From positions 6,023,282 to 6,087,281 of the forward strand of contig NC_068983.1 of assembly GCF_001194135.2 (NCBI RefSeq): 64,000 nucleotides of DNA. The letters are read 5' to 3'. Position 1 is the stretch's first letter, and each line of letters starts with the position of its first letter. This DNA comes from Octopus bimaculoides. Lineage: Eukaryota. Below the pieces are notes generated by a model. It had not been told where the DNA came from. It made no database searches and saw nothing but the letters and a program-made list of their open reading frames with translations. The translations under genes and the position numbers were made by a program. Positions 1 to 12,315 of the stretch are shown here, piece by piece.

Positions 1-76
1 ACTAAAAATATATTGAATGTTTTGACATCAGCCACGAGAGAAGACGATCCCTATCCCACACCTTTTGCCCCTTTTT

Positions 77-78
77 TG

Positions 79-128
<50 letters not shown>

Positions 129-129
129 T

Positions 130-161
<32 letters not shown>

Positions 162-240
162 TATAATAATCGTCGTTTTTTGTTGTTGTTGCTGTTATTA
201 TTATTATTATTATTGTTGTTGTTGTTGTTGTTGTTGATGT
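77..240. repeat. Compound trinucleotide microsatellite (CAT)n-(TGT)n-(TAT)n-(TGT)n
   Basis: Directly visible. Confidence 0.9.
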
Positions 241-346
241 TGTAGCCGTTGTTATTTCTTTTTTGGAAACCATGATTATCACTCACGCAGCAACACATGT
301 ACCACGGTCGGTCGGTTTGGGCAGAATTTTCGCGAATAAAAAGCAG

Positions 347-383
<37 letters not shown>

Positions 384-1617
384 TCTGTGTGTATGTGTGT
401 GTGTGTGTGTTTGTGTGTACGTGCACGCATGTGTGTATGAGTGTACGTGTGTGAGCGTAAAATGACATGATGTCNNNNNNNNNNNNNNNNNNNNNNNNNN
501 NNNNNNNNNNNNNNNNNNNNNNNNNNNNNNNNNNNNNNNNNNNNNNNNNNNNNNNNNNNNNNNNNNNNNNNNNNNNNNNNNNNNNNNNNNNNNNNNNNNN
601 NNNNNNNNNNNNNNNNNNNNNNNNNNNNNNNNNNNNNNNNNNNNNNNNNNNNNNNNNNNNNNNNNNNNNNNNNNNNNNNNNNNNNNNNNNNNNNNNNNNN
701 NNNNNNNNNNNNNNNNNNNNNNNNNNNNNNNNNNNNNNNNNNNNNNNNNNNNNNNNNNNNNNNNNNNNNNNNNNNNNNNNNNNNNNNNNNNNNNNNNNNN
801 NNNNNNNNNNNNNNNNNNNNNNNNNNNNNNNNNNNNNNNNNNNNNNNNNNNNNNNNNNNNNNNNNNNNNNNNNNNNNNNNNNNNNNNNNNNNNNNNNNNN
901 NNNNNNNNNNNNNNNNNNNNNNNNNNNNNNNNNNNNNNNNNNNNNNNNNNNNNNNNNNNNNNNNNNNNNNNNNNNNNNNNNNNNNNNNNNNNNNNNNNNN
1001 NNNNNNNNNNNNNNNNNNNNNNNNNNNNNNNNNNNNNNNNNNNNNNNNNNNNNNNNNNNNNNNNNNNNNNNNNNNNNNNNNNNNNNNNNNNNNNNNNNNN
1101 NNNNNNNNNNNNNNNNNNNNNNNNNNNNNNNNNNNNNNNNNNNNNNNNNNNNNNNNNNNNNNNNNNNNNNNNNNNNNNNNNNNNNNNNNNNNNNNNNNNN
1201 NNNNNNNNNNNNNNNNNNNNNNNNNNNNNNNNNNNNNNNNNNNNNNNNNNNNNNNNNNNNNNNNNNNNNNNNNNNNNNNNNNNNNNNNNNNNNNNNNNNN
1301 NNNNNNNNNNNNNNNNNNNNNNNNNNNNNNNNNNNNNNNNNNNNNNNNNNNNNNNNNNNNNNNNNNNNNNNNNNNNNNNNNNNNNNNNNNAAAGGGGGGA
1401 TAATTTCGATCAAAAGGGATCGCGGGAAAAAAAAGGGGCGGTGATCAATAGGGATCGTGTATCACAGTCAATGTAAAAAAAACGGGGGACAGATTAGGTT
1501 TATCCGTGGAGAGAAAAGCCTACGGAAAAGACCACGGTCACCTCAGACTTCTTTTTTAAAGGTACATGAAAGTAAGTACCTTCTCTCTTTTTGTCTCTTT
1601 TTGTTACAAGTCTATGC

Positions 1618-1670
<53 letters not shown>

Positions 1671-1792
1671 AAAAAAAGCGGAGAAAAAGACAAGATAAAA
1701 CCAACATCGCGAGTATGTGGTACATGCAAAGTATGTACACAGCCTTGTGTCTAAAGTCGAAAGGATTGCTACTGCATCTCTTCAGGCGGTGT

Positions 1793-1987
1793 TCTGCCAG
1801 AATCGTTAGCGCGTCGAACAACAATGCTTAGCGGTATTTCTTCCGTCTTTACGTTCTCATTCAAGGTTCACTTAGCTTTTTGGATCTATAAAATAAGTAC
1901 CAGTTGCACATTGGGACTCGATATAATCAACTAGTCCTCTCCATAAAAAAAATTTCAGGTCTTGTGCCTATAGTAGAAAGAATTATT
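1793..1987 (+). mobile_element. Diverged family B SINE
   Basis: gccagaatcgttagc...atgcttagcggtatttc...aagtaccagttgcac...ttcaggtcttgtgcctatagtagaaag. Confidence 0.7.
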
Positions 1988-2631
1988 GCAGCTTAGATTT
2001 ATTTTTACTTACGTCTGTTTGGTCATAATTGAATCAATGTCATCGATACCTCAGTCAAATATTCATCTCCACGTTGGTTTCCGACTTCTGGAGACAAAGT
2101 CTAATATGGACAGGGCTTAAATTAGATTAAATTGATGTTTTTAGCTTCAGTAATAAATAGTCACCCGGTGGATTCGATTTCGGATTAATGTTTCCTCCAA
2201 GCATGTGCGTGCACACATATTTAACAAGAGAAGAGAAGAAAAATTGTGCGTAAAGAAGATTTTCAAGAAGAAACCAGATTTTTTTTTTAACGGAAGGAAT
2301 TTGAGTGATGGTTACCTGCATAACGGCACATATTCTTTGTAAACAAAAGCAAAAATTGCATTGTATGCCAATTTTATGCAAATTTTCCTGTACACTCACA
2401 GTAAAAATTTTAAAATAACATTACAGGCATTTAAAAAAAACAAAGTAAAAAATACAATGGATCTTTTAATCTCTTGTCTAGTACTTCCTATCAAAACCTT
2501 CAAATGTGTCACCCTTTTTTCGTCTCAGGCACATTTCTCTGTTGGGTTTCCTGTTAATCGTAAGTTTTTTATTCTAATAGCTTCTTTCCTCGAACTGTTG
2601 ATCTCCTGAACTGATTACCATTGTTTTACCC

Positions 2632-2857
2632 CAATGGTTCTTCACCATTTTGTTCATCTATGGACCCCTGTGATTACTATTTTACTCGGGTAGACCCTCG
2701 ATGTCTAAAAATCTTATATTTTTATCATTAAATATTAGGAATAGTTTAAAAAATTAAAACATGTTGTGTATTACAAAAGTAGAAGTTATTTATTACATAT
2801 AAACTTTAATAAAATCTTATACGGACCTCCAAGGGTCATATGGACCCTAGCTGAGAA

Positions 2858-2858
<1 letters not shown>
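2632..2858. mobile_element. hAT-like MITE remnant
   Basis: The left end CAATGGTTCTTCACC and the right end (reverse complement TGGTTCTCAGCTAGGGTCCATATGACCC) resemble CAGTGGTTCTCAA-type termini. No TSD is visible. Confidence 0.45.
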
Positions 2859-2893
<35 letters not shown>

Positions 2894-2924
2894 TGCGCTC
2901 ATGAAACTAGCATTATCTCACTCC

Positions 2925-2994
2925 TTCTCGCGGAACCCCTAGGAACCTTTCCCGGAACCCTAGTGTTCCGGGAAACCCCGGTCGAGAAACGCTG
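2925..2994. mobile_element. hAT-like MITE terminal fragment
   Basis: The reverse complement reads CAGCGTTTCTCGACCGGGGTTTCCCGGAACACTAGGGTTCC, a typical hAT-MITE end. Confidence 0.4.
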
Positions 2995-3745
2995 CTTTAG
3001 ACTATTATATTCACTCCTCTAATCTTTCTGTCTGTGGATATCTGTTAGATAGGTAAGGCCCTTCTCCCCCCCACCTTTTTTTTGGTTNNNNNNNNNNGTG
3101 AAAACGACATGGCATTTTAAGTTATGTAAGTATATTAAAATAATCGCATGTTTAAAATCTACAGTAAGGACGTGTTTGAGATAAGTGGGAAATGATCTCT
3201 AGGAAGGGGCCGTAGACGATTGAAATGGAGCTACAAAAATGCCATAATTAAAGCTTTTAAAGTACAACAGAATGGCAAAGAAGGGAAAAATTATATAAAT
3301 TCCAACCGTGCCGTTACTGTTTATTTTTCATACCAAAAGTTACTATGAGTAATATCCAAGTTTTGAGTTGTTACCCTATTCATAAATCAATCAATAAATG
3401 AATTGTATTTATTAGATATATGACATGCGGCAGGCATCGATGTCTCATGCTTACAACACAACTTCACCGTCGTCAGTAAAAGGGGAATCAATTGAACGAC
3501 GCTGTTTCTACTTTATTAACCTTCATCAGTGATCGAATATCGAAAATTTTATAACCTCTGCAAAATTGTATATATGACTATTGTTGTTACAATTATTACT
3601 AAATCAGTCAGACTTTGTTGAATGTTAGGAATATTTTCGGCTGTTAACTCTGTCCAAGATGCGGTTGTATGGTAAACCTAAAATACGCTAGTCATTCTCT
3701 CTCGTATCCAGAAAATTTCATAGCCGTATATATTATATTGGTGGA

Positions 3746-3965
3746 GGCGCGTGGCTTAGTGGTTAGGGTGTCAGCATCATGATCGTAAGATTGTGGTTTC
3801 GATTCCTGGACCGGACGACGCGTTGTGTTCTTGAGCAAAACACTTCATTTCACGTTGCTCCAGTCCACTCAGCTGGCAAAAATGAGTAACTCTGCGATTG
3901 ACTGGCGTCCCGTCCAGCTGGGGAACACATATGCCATTGAAACCGGGAAACCTGGTCCAAAAGGG
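3746..3965 (+). mobile_element. tRNA-derived SINE (family C)
   Basis: A-box (TGGCTTAGTGG) and B-box (GGTTTCGATTCC) head, followed by a body shared with 31341 and 51352 (gactggcgtcccgtccagctggggaacac...gaaaccgggaaacc). Confidence 0.8.
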
Positions 3966-6639
3966 TGCATTTATTATATTATTTATATGCTATATACGGC
4001 AGCCAATTCCCTCCTAAATATCCCATTCTTCTGTTTCATACTACTTTGAGGAAATATCCATACATCATCGAGTGGCAACGTTAAATCACAGACTCACATA
4101 TGCTCACAAGAATACAAAGAGAGAGAGAGAGATGGAGAGGGGTAGGGAGAAGAGACAGACCAGTAGATAGAGAGAATGATAAATAGACAGGAAGAATGAC
4201 ATAGAGAGTAACAAAGAGAGAGAGGGGGAGGGAAAGGCAGAGAGAGGAAGGGAGAGAAAAGCTGTGAGAAAGAGAGAAAGTGAAAGAGAGGCAGAAACGT
4301 TGACACACATATGCCGAATGTACGTGGAAGAACTCAATAGACGGTGGAAAGTAGGTTCGGCAATCTTCCACTTAGTTCCTTTTCGACATTAGCAAGAGAC
4401 ATAAGAAATGAAGCATTGTGTGTATGTATAAACATATACATACACACATACATACAACACATCGCTTTTCATTCATTCCTATATGATGTCATCTTCTATC
4501 TTTCTCCTATTCACTCTCTCAATTTATCGTTCATATTTTCTGTGTGTGTGCAAGTGTGCATATGTGTGTGTTTATATATATATACACATGTGTATGTGTA
4601 AATATACATACATTTATATANNNNNNNNNNNNNNNNNNNNNNNNNNNNNNNNNNNNNNNNNNNNNNNNNNNNNNNNNNNNNNNNNNNNNNNNNNNNNNNN
4701 NNNNNNNNNNNNNNNNNNNNNNNNNNNNNNNNNNNNNNNNNNNNNNNNNNNNNNNNNNNNNNNNNNNNNNNNNNNNNNNNNNNNNNNNNNNNNNNNNNNN
4801 NNNNNNNNNNNNNNNNNNNNNNNNNNNNNNNNNNNNNNNNNNNNNNNNNNNNNNNNNNNNNNNNNNNNNNNNNNNNNNNNNNNNNNNNNNNNNNNNNNNN
4901 NNNNNNNNNNNNNNNNNNNNNNNNNNNNNNNNNNNNNNNNNNNNNNNNNNNNNNNNNNNNNNNNNNNNNNNNNNNNNNNNNNNNNNNNNNNNNNNNNNNN
5001 NNNNNNNNNNNNNNNNNNNNNNNNNNNNNNNNNNNNNNNNNNNNNNNNNNNNNNNNNNNNNNNNNNNNNNNNNNNNNNNNNNNNNNNNNNNNNNNNNNNN
5101 NNNNNNNNNNNNNNNNNNNNNNNNNTATATATATATATATATATATATCAGTCTAAATCCTTCTTTCTTTCCCGAATGTTCTTTCACAGTCACTTATTAA
5201 GACACTCTCTCAATAACTGTTTCATCTCAATTCCCCCCCCCCGCTCGCCCCTCCACCACTCTTATTGTCTCCTATATCTTTCATTCTATCTCAACTATTT
5301 TCTTTCTTTGCAGTCTGTATTTCACTCTCTTTGCCAATGTGCATATGCATGTGTATGCATACGTATATGTATGTATACGTATACACACACACACACACAT
5401 ATATATATATGAACACACAAAGGCATATATATATACATACATGTAAATATAGAATATTTATATGCAAGTGCTTTTGTGTGTGTGTGTGTGTGCTTGTGTG
5501 TAGATACATACAAATATATTAAGTAGATACCCATAAACACATAAACACACGCCATCGTACCCATACAAGTATGCCAAGTATGCATGTGTGCGACGGGGTG
5601 TTACCTAACGTTTCAAAAACAACTCAATTATTTTCAATCGCTCCATCTTGATTTTTTATAGCTTTTTTTCGTTGTTTCTCCTTTTCAAATTTTATTTTAT
5701 ACACAATTCGCCTCCTCCTCCTCCTCCCCCCATCCTCCTCCTNNNNNNNNNNNNNNNNNNNNNNNNNNNNNNNNNNNNNNNNNNNNNNNNNNNNNNNNNN
5801 NNNNNNNNNNNNNNNNNNNNNNNNNNNNNNNNNNNNNNNNNNNNNNNNNNNNNNNNNNNNNNNNNNNNNNNNNNNNNNNNNNNNNNNNNNNNNNNNNNNN
5901 NNNNNNNNNNNNNNNNNNNNNNNNNNNNNNNNNNNNNNNNNNNNNNNNNNNNNNNNNNNNNNNNNNNNNNNNNNNNNNNNNNNNNNNNNNNNNNNNNNNN
6001 NNNNNNNNNNNNNNNNNNNNNNNNNNNNNNNNNNNNNNNNNNNNNNNNNNNNNNNNNNNNNNNNNNNNNNNNNNNNNNNNNNNNNNNNNNNNNNNNNNNN
6101 NNNNNNNNNNNNNNNNNNNNNNNNNNNNNNNNNNNNNNNNNNNNNNNNNNNNNNNNNNNNNNNNNNNNNNNNNNNNNNNNNNNNNNNNNNNNNNNNNNNN
6201 NNNNNNNNNNNNNNNNNNNNNNNNNNNNNNNNNNNNNNNNNNNNNNNNNNNNNNNNNNNNNNNNNNNNNNNNNNNNNNNNNNNNNNNNNNNNNNNNNNNN
6301 NNNNNNNNNNNNNNNNNNNNNNNNNNNNNNNNNNNNNNNNNNNNNNNNNNNNNNNNNNNNNNNNNNNNNNNNNNNNNNNNNNNNNNNNNNNNNNNNNNNN
6401 NNNNNNNNNNNNNNNNNNNNNNNNNNNNNNNNNNNNNNNNNNNNNNNNNNNNNNNNNNNNNNNNNNNNNNNNNNNNNNNNNNNNNNNNNNNNNNNNNNNN
6501 NNNNNNNNNNNNNNNNNNNNNNNNNNNNNNNNNNNNNNATATATATATATATATATACAGTGATAAATTCACAACCAGAGATAACTACAGATACAATCTT
6601 GCAGCCATATAAATTTATCATACTCTAAGCTATACATTT

Positions 6640-6840
6640 ACGGACTCTCATTCCTACATACACAGTCATATAGTAGCACACATACACACACAAACACATA
6701 CACCCGCGCACACACACTCACGGTCACACACTCACGGACACACACAGCGACATAATAACAAACATACAGTAACACACACTCACTTGCGCATATACGCAGC
6801 TCCATTGATACACAAAGCGTCTCATAGCCATGCACAGAGC

Positions 6841-6887
<47 letters not shown>

Positions 6888-6897
6888 NNNNNNNNNN

Positions 6898-6935
<38 letters not shown>

Positions 6936-7460
6936 TAATACATTTTCACAAACGGTCGCATTGTCATATATATACAGTCGCTCAGCAACACACACATACA
7001 CACATGCAGTCACACAATATCACACATACACACACAACTGCGTAGCACACACATACACCCACAACTGCGTAGCTACACACACATATAGATAGCACGCCAC
7101 CACAGACATACACACACACACATATACACTACCACATTCCCAAACCTAAACGCATACACATAGATGCATACACGACTGCATAGGAACACACACATACCTA
7201 GATAGCTGCGTTCACACACATTCGCACAGCCACACGCACACACACACACACACACACACATACGTACATACTCAGGCACGTAGACCCGTTATCACATTGC
7301 CATACGATGCACACACATGCAGCTACATGGCCACACCTACAAACTCACACACATAGTATCTCTCACACACATACCACACCTAACTACACACACACATGCA
7401 CACACTTACCTACATACATACTCGCACCTACGAACAAACACAAACGTACACACCTAATGC
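6640..7460. repeat. Degenerate (CA)n-rich tract
   Basis: Directly visible; it produces spurious HTHT/VCVC ORFs. Confidence 0.85.
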
Positions 7461-8474
7461 CACGTACAAAAATACATAAAGAAAATACAAAATATACCAA
7501 CTGCGACAGATCTTTTTCTACTTTCACTTTCGTATTCTCCATCCTTTTCTTTCTAATTTTCCTTTCATTTTCCTTTCTTTTCCGTTTATTTTTACATCAT
7601 TTTTCTTTCTCATTGCTTTGTTTTACCTCTCTTACTTTTCTTTTCTCCCTATTCTCAACTCCCTCCCGCCTCTCTCTTTCTCTCTCTCTCTCTCTCTGTT
7701 TTCATCGTCTTTCTTGTTCCATTTCTTTCAAATCAATGAAAACTTTACAATTGACAGAGCAATTTAATATAAACTCTCTAAAGCTTATTGAGGATTGTAA
7801 TAATATCTTATCGATAAATGTTCCATATATACATATACATATATATATATATATATATNNNNNNNNNNNNNNNNNNNNNNNNNNNNNNNNNNNNNNNNNN
7901 NNNNNNNNNNNNNNNNNNNNNNNNNNNNNNNNNNNNNNNNNNNNNNNNNNNNNNNNNNNNNNNNNNNNNNNNNNNNNNNNNNNNNNNNNNNNNNNNNNNN
8001 NNNNNNNNNNNNNNNNNNNNNNNNNNNNNNNNNNNNNNNNNNNNNNNNNNNNNNNNNNNNNNNNNNNNNNNNNNNNNNNNNNNNNNNNNNNNNNNNNNNN
8101 NNNNNNNNNNNNNNNNNNNNNNNNNNNNNNNNNNNNNNNNNNNNNNNNNNNNNNNNNNNNNNNNNNNNNNNNNNNNNNNNNNNNNNNNNNNNNNNNNNNN
8201 NNNNNNNNNNNNNNNNNNNNNNNNNNNNNNNNNNNNNNNNNNNNNNNNNNNNNNNNNNNNNNNNNNNNNNNNNNNNNNNNNNNNNNNNNNNNNNNNNNNN
8301 NNNNNNNNNNNNNNNNNNNNNNNNNNNNNNNNNNNNNNNNNNNNNNNNNNNNNNNNNNNNNNNNNNNNNNNNNNNNNNNNNNNNNNNNNNNNNNNNNNNN
8401 NNNNNNNNNNNNNNNNNNNNNNNNNNNNNNNNNNNNNNNNNNNNNNNNNNNNNNNNNNNNNNNNNNNNNNNNNN

Positions 8475-8519
<45 letters not shown>

Positions 8520-10387
8520 TATATACAGTATCAACTGAATTCAGGTGGAGAGCTGAAGGAATATCAATGACAGTCTCTTCTACTGATCAAAAGAAAATAG
8601 AGAATATATGCTTATTTACTTGTCATCCTTCTCTCACCAACCAACCAGCCAGCCACCCAGTAAGCCATCTACACAATCAGCCAGCGACTATCATTTCTCC
8701 TCTATACAATTATTGATACATAGAGCAGGTTGAACGACCTCACGTAAGTCCTGTCATTGACGGGGCCTATATGCGGTTGTTCTATCTGCTACAATAGTAG
8801 CAACACCTGCCTCAGATCATCCAGTCACAAGCTACCGTCTTCAGTAAAAGAGTCTACATCGGAGAAACTGTAACCAAGACGCAATAATTATGTAAGAAAT
8901 GATATACAGAGACGTGCAATTATGTCGCAAACGAATAGCACAAGGAAGATTAATCATGTCTTCGTTATATTGCTTTCGAAATTTAGCTCAAGGCCAGCAA
9001 TTACAAGGGAGGGAATAAGTCGATTGTATCAGCTCCACTGCTCAATTGTTACATATTTTATCAAACCAGAAACGATGAAAGACGAAGTCAACTTTGGCGG
9101 CAATTGAATTGCAAAACATAAAGACGAATGAAAAGCTGTTAAGCATTTTCTCCGGCGAGCAAGCAATTCTACCAGCTCACCGCTTTTTCTTCATTATATT
9201 GGATAAGATTAAAAGTTTGCATTTGAAATTAAGGGATAATCAAGATTTACAGAAACGAAGAAAAGAAATGAAAAACAAAAAAAGAAATCAAACACTTTTG
9301 TTTTTATAAATGTCTAAACGAAATAACAGAATAAGAAGCGAAATAACGATTGAAATCATTTGATAAAGGACTGTTACCAATGCTTCCTTTCAATGGCAAG
9401 CTGTACTACAAAATATATCTATAGATTTTAGTCACATGTATGCAAAATAGAAGGTTGTAGATAGCTACTCTTTTACACATTGATTTTCTGTTGAGAAAGA
9501 AGCGAATCAAGTTGACTAATTTTAAAAACTAAGATTGGAATCTCGAAATCAACTGAAGACTATCTTTATTTCTTAGTAAAGATTCTGTAACAGAATCCAC
9601 TTTTAGTGCGGTGTAAAATAAATTTTATAGTTCGAATCGGCACAACATAACGTCCACTATCTAGACACATAGGTATAAAAGATTTATAATATATAAAATA
9701 TAGTACCGATTTATTTTGCTACTGTTACATTATTATACATACATACAAACATATATATATGTTAATGTATATATATATATATATATATNNNNNNNNNNNN
9801 NNNNNNNNNNNNNNNNNNNNNNNNNNNNNNNNNNNNNNNNNNNNNNNNNNNNNNNNNNNNNNNNNNNNNNNNNNNNNNNNNNNNNNNNNNNNNNNNNNNN
9901 NNNNNNNNNNNNNNNNNNNNNNNNNNNNNNNNNNNNNNNNNNNNNNNNNNNNNNNNNNNNNNNNNNNNNNNNNNNNNNNNNNNNNNNNNNNNNNNNNNNN
10001 NNNNNNNNNNNNNNNNNNNNNNNNNNNNNNNNNNNNNNNNNNNNNNNNNNNNNNNNNNNNNNNNNNNNNNNNNNNNNNNNNNNNNNNNNNNNNNNNNNNN
10101 NNNNNNNNNNNNNNNNNNNNNNNNNNNNNNNNNNNNNNNNNNNNNNNNNNNNNNNNNNNNNNNNNNNNNNNNNNNNNNNNNNNNNNNNNNNNNNNNNNNN
10201 NNNNNNNNNNNNNNNNNNNNNNNNNNNNNNNNNNNNNNNNNNNNNNNNNNNNNNNNNNNNNNNNNNNNNNNNNNNNNNNNNNNNNNNNNNNNNNNNNNNN
10301 NNNNNNNNNNNNNNNNNNNNNNNNNNNNNNNNNNNNNNNNNNNNNNNNNNNNNNNNNNNNNNNNNNNNNNNNNNNNNNNNNNNNNNN

Positions 10388-10434
<47 letters not shown>

Positions 10435-10475
10435 GTATATATGCATGTATGTATTATATTTTTATGTGTGTTTAA

Positions 10476-10620
10476 GTCTGTGTTTGTGTCCCCGTAACTT
10501 AGCTGTTCGGCCGAAGAGACTGATAGAATAAGCATCAGGCTTACAAGGATCGATTTCTTCGACTAAAGGGCGGTGCTCCTGCATGGCCACCGTCAAATGA
10601 CTGCAACGAGTAAATGAATT
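10476..10620 (+). mobile_element. Family A SINE 3' half
   Basis: cccgtaacttagc...gatagaataag...cgactaaagggcggtgctcc...catggcc...caaatgactg. Confidence 0.7.
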
Positions 10621-11589
10621 TAAAAAATGCCAGAAGAACGTTCCGTACCACTAAAACAACATTCTAAAACAATTTTCTGAATATGTACGATCTATTTTAA
10701 GGCTTAATTGTAATCCTGTTTACGTTTGCGTAACTGAGATATTTTGATTGGATTATATAGTTAGCGGTTCTATATTCTGTAACTATCACAATATGGAAAC
10801 ATTTCTCATGGCACCAGCACACAATTTACAGATACTTGGCACAATATAATATGATAAAGCAAAACTTTTATCGTCAGTAATTGTGGCCGAGGGTGCCGAA
10901 ACACCTATACGACATGAGTACTCAAATTATTTGCGTTATTCGTCCGGAGAGAATATCTGTTATGGATGTTCCTTTTTTAAAATATCACAAATATATATTA
11001 GTAGCAGGTGAAAATCGTCCAGCAGCGGTGAGCATGTCAGATGTGTATTATCACCGTCCTAGTCGTTGCAAAATCACTGATTTTTCTATCACTGCTTTTC
11101 TATATCAGAGGGGATGATTTTTGGCGTAGCATGTGATAGCCAGTGGGTAGATACTGTTGACAAAGCGCAATGAGGAAGAAATGCGCATAAAGTTTTCTTA
11201 CCGCCACTGTTAGACGATTTTCGGCGCTACTGGTATAATCGTGTTATTTAATGCAATGCATCCACAAGAGAAATTATTACCGAAGGAATGCCGTAGTTAT
11301 TTTGACTTCTCAGGACTATTTACCGAATCACCTACGATATTTGCTTTCATTTACTTCACTTTATGCGTTAACCACGTGGTTTCGGATTCAGTCCCTCTGT
11401 GCAGTACCTTAGGCAAGTGTCTTACACTGTAACCCCGGGTAGACCAATTGAATACCGTAGTTATTTTGACTTCTCAGGACCCATTTGCAGTAAGTATTAT
11501 GCACAGATGGCTATTTTTATCTAATACTGCTTCTAATGTACAAAGTTATTTGCAAGCATAGAGAAATACACATTTTAACACATTCATTG

Positions 11590-11896
11590 GCGCATTCATT
11601 TCGGATTCAGTCCTTCTGTGCATACCTTGGGCAAGTGTCTTACACTGTAGCCCCTGATAGACCAATGTTTTGCGAATGAGTTTGGTAAACGGAAACTGTA
11701 TGGAGGCCAGTTGTATCTATATATATATATATATATATATNNNNNNNNNNNNNNNNNNNNNNNNNNNNNNNNNNNNNNNNNNNNNNNNNNNNNNNNNNNN
11801 NNNNNNNNNNNNNNNNNNNNNNNNNNNNNNNNNNNNNNNNNNNNNNNNNNNNNNNNNNNNNNNNNNNNNNNNNNNNNNNNNNNNNNNNNNNNNNNN

Positions 11897-11940
<44 letters not shown>

Positions 11941-12175
11941 CTATGTATTTCTGTGCGCATGTGCATGTGTTTTTGTGTCTTTATGTGTCTCCTCGCTGAT
12001 TGACAACTAGTGTTGGTTTGTATACGTCCTCGTAACTTAGCAGCGGCTCGGCAAAAGTAACCGATAGAATAATGCACTAGATTTTAAAATCCCCATGTAC
12101 TGGGTTCGATTTGTTCATATTGCCACCCAGTACGACCGCAGTGTAGTCACATGACTAAAACTAGTGAAAGGTAAG
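11590..12175 (+). mobile_element. Diverged family A SINE immediately downstream of the protein-coding gene
   Basis: accttgggcaagtgtcttac...ggtaaacggaaactg...(TA)n/gap/(GT)n...cgtaacttagc...accgatagaataa. A second head fragment lies at 11365-11450. Confidence 0.7.
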
Positions 12176-12251
12176 AAAAAAAATTATTTTTCATATGTTG
12201 CACGCTTAAAAGAATTGAAACTAACAGACATTTACAATCAAACCAAATATA

Positions 12252-12257
12252 TTTATT
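12252..12257 (-). promoter_or_regulatory. Polyadenylation signal AATAAA for the minus-strand gene
   Basis: TTTATT on + at 12252-12257, about 60 nt downstream of the stop codon, followed by T/GT-rich sequence on the minus strand. Confidence 0.6.
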
Positions 12258-12315
12258 GTTTGCTCAGACTTGGAGATCCATTTGTGGCTTTACACGAGTG
12301 CAATACTTTCTCACC

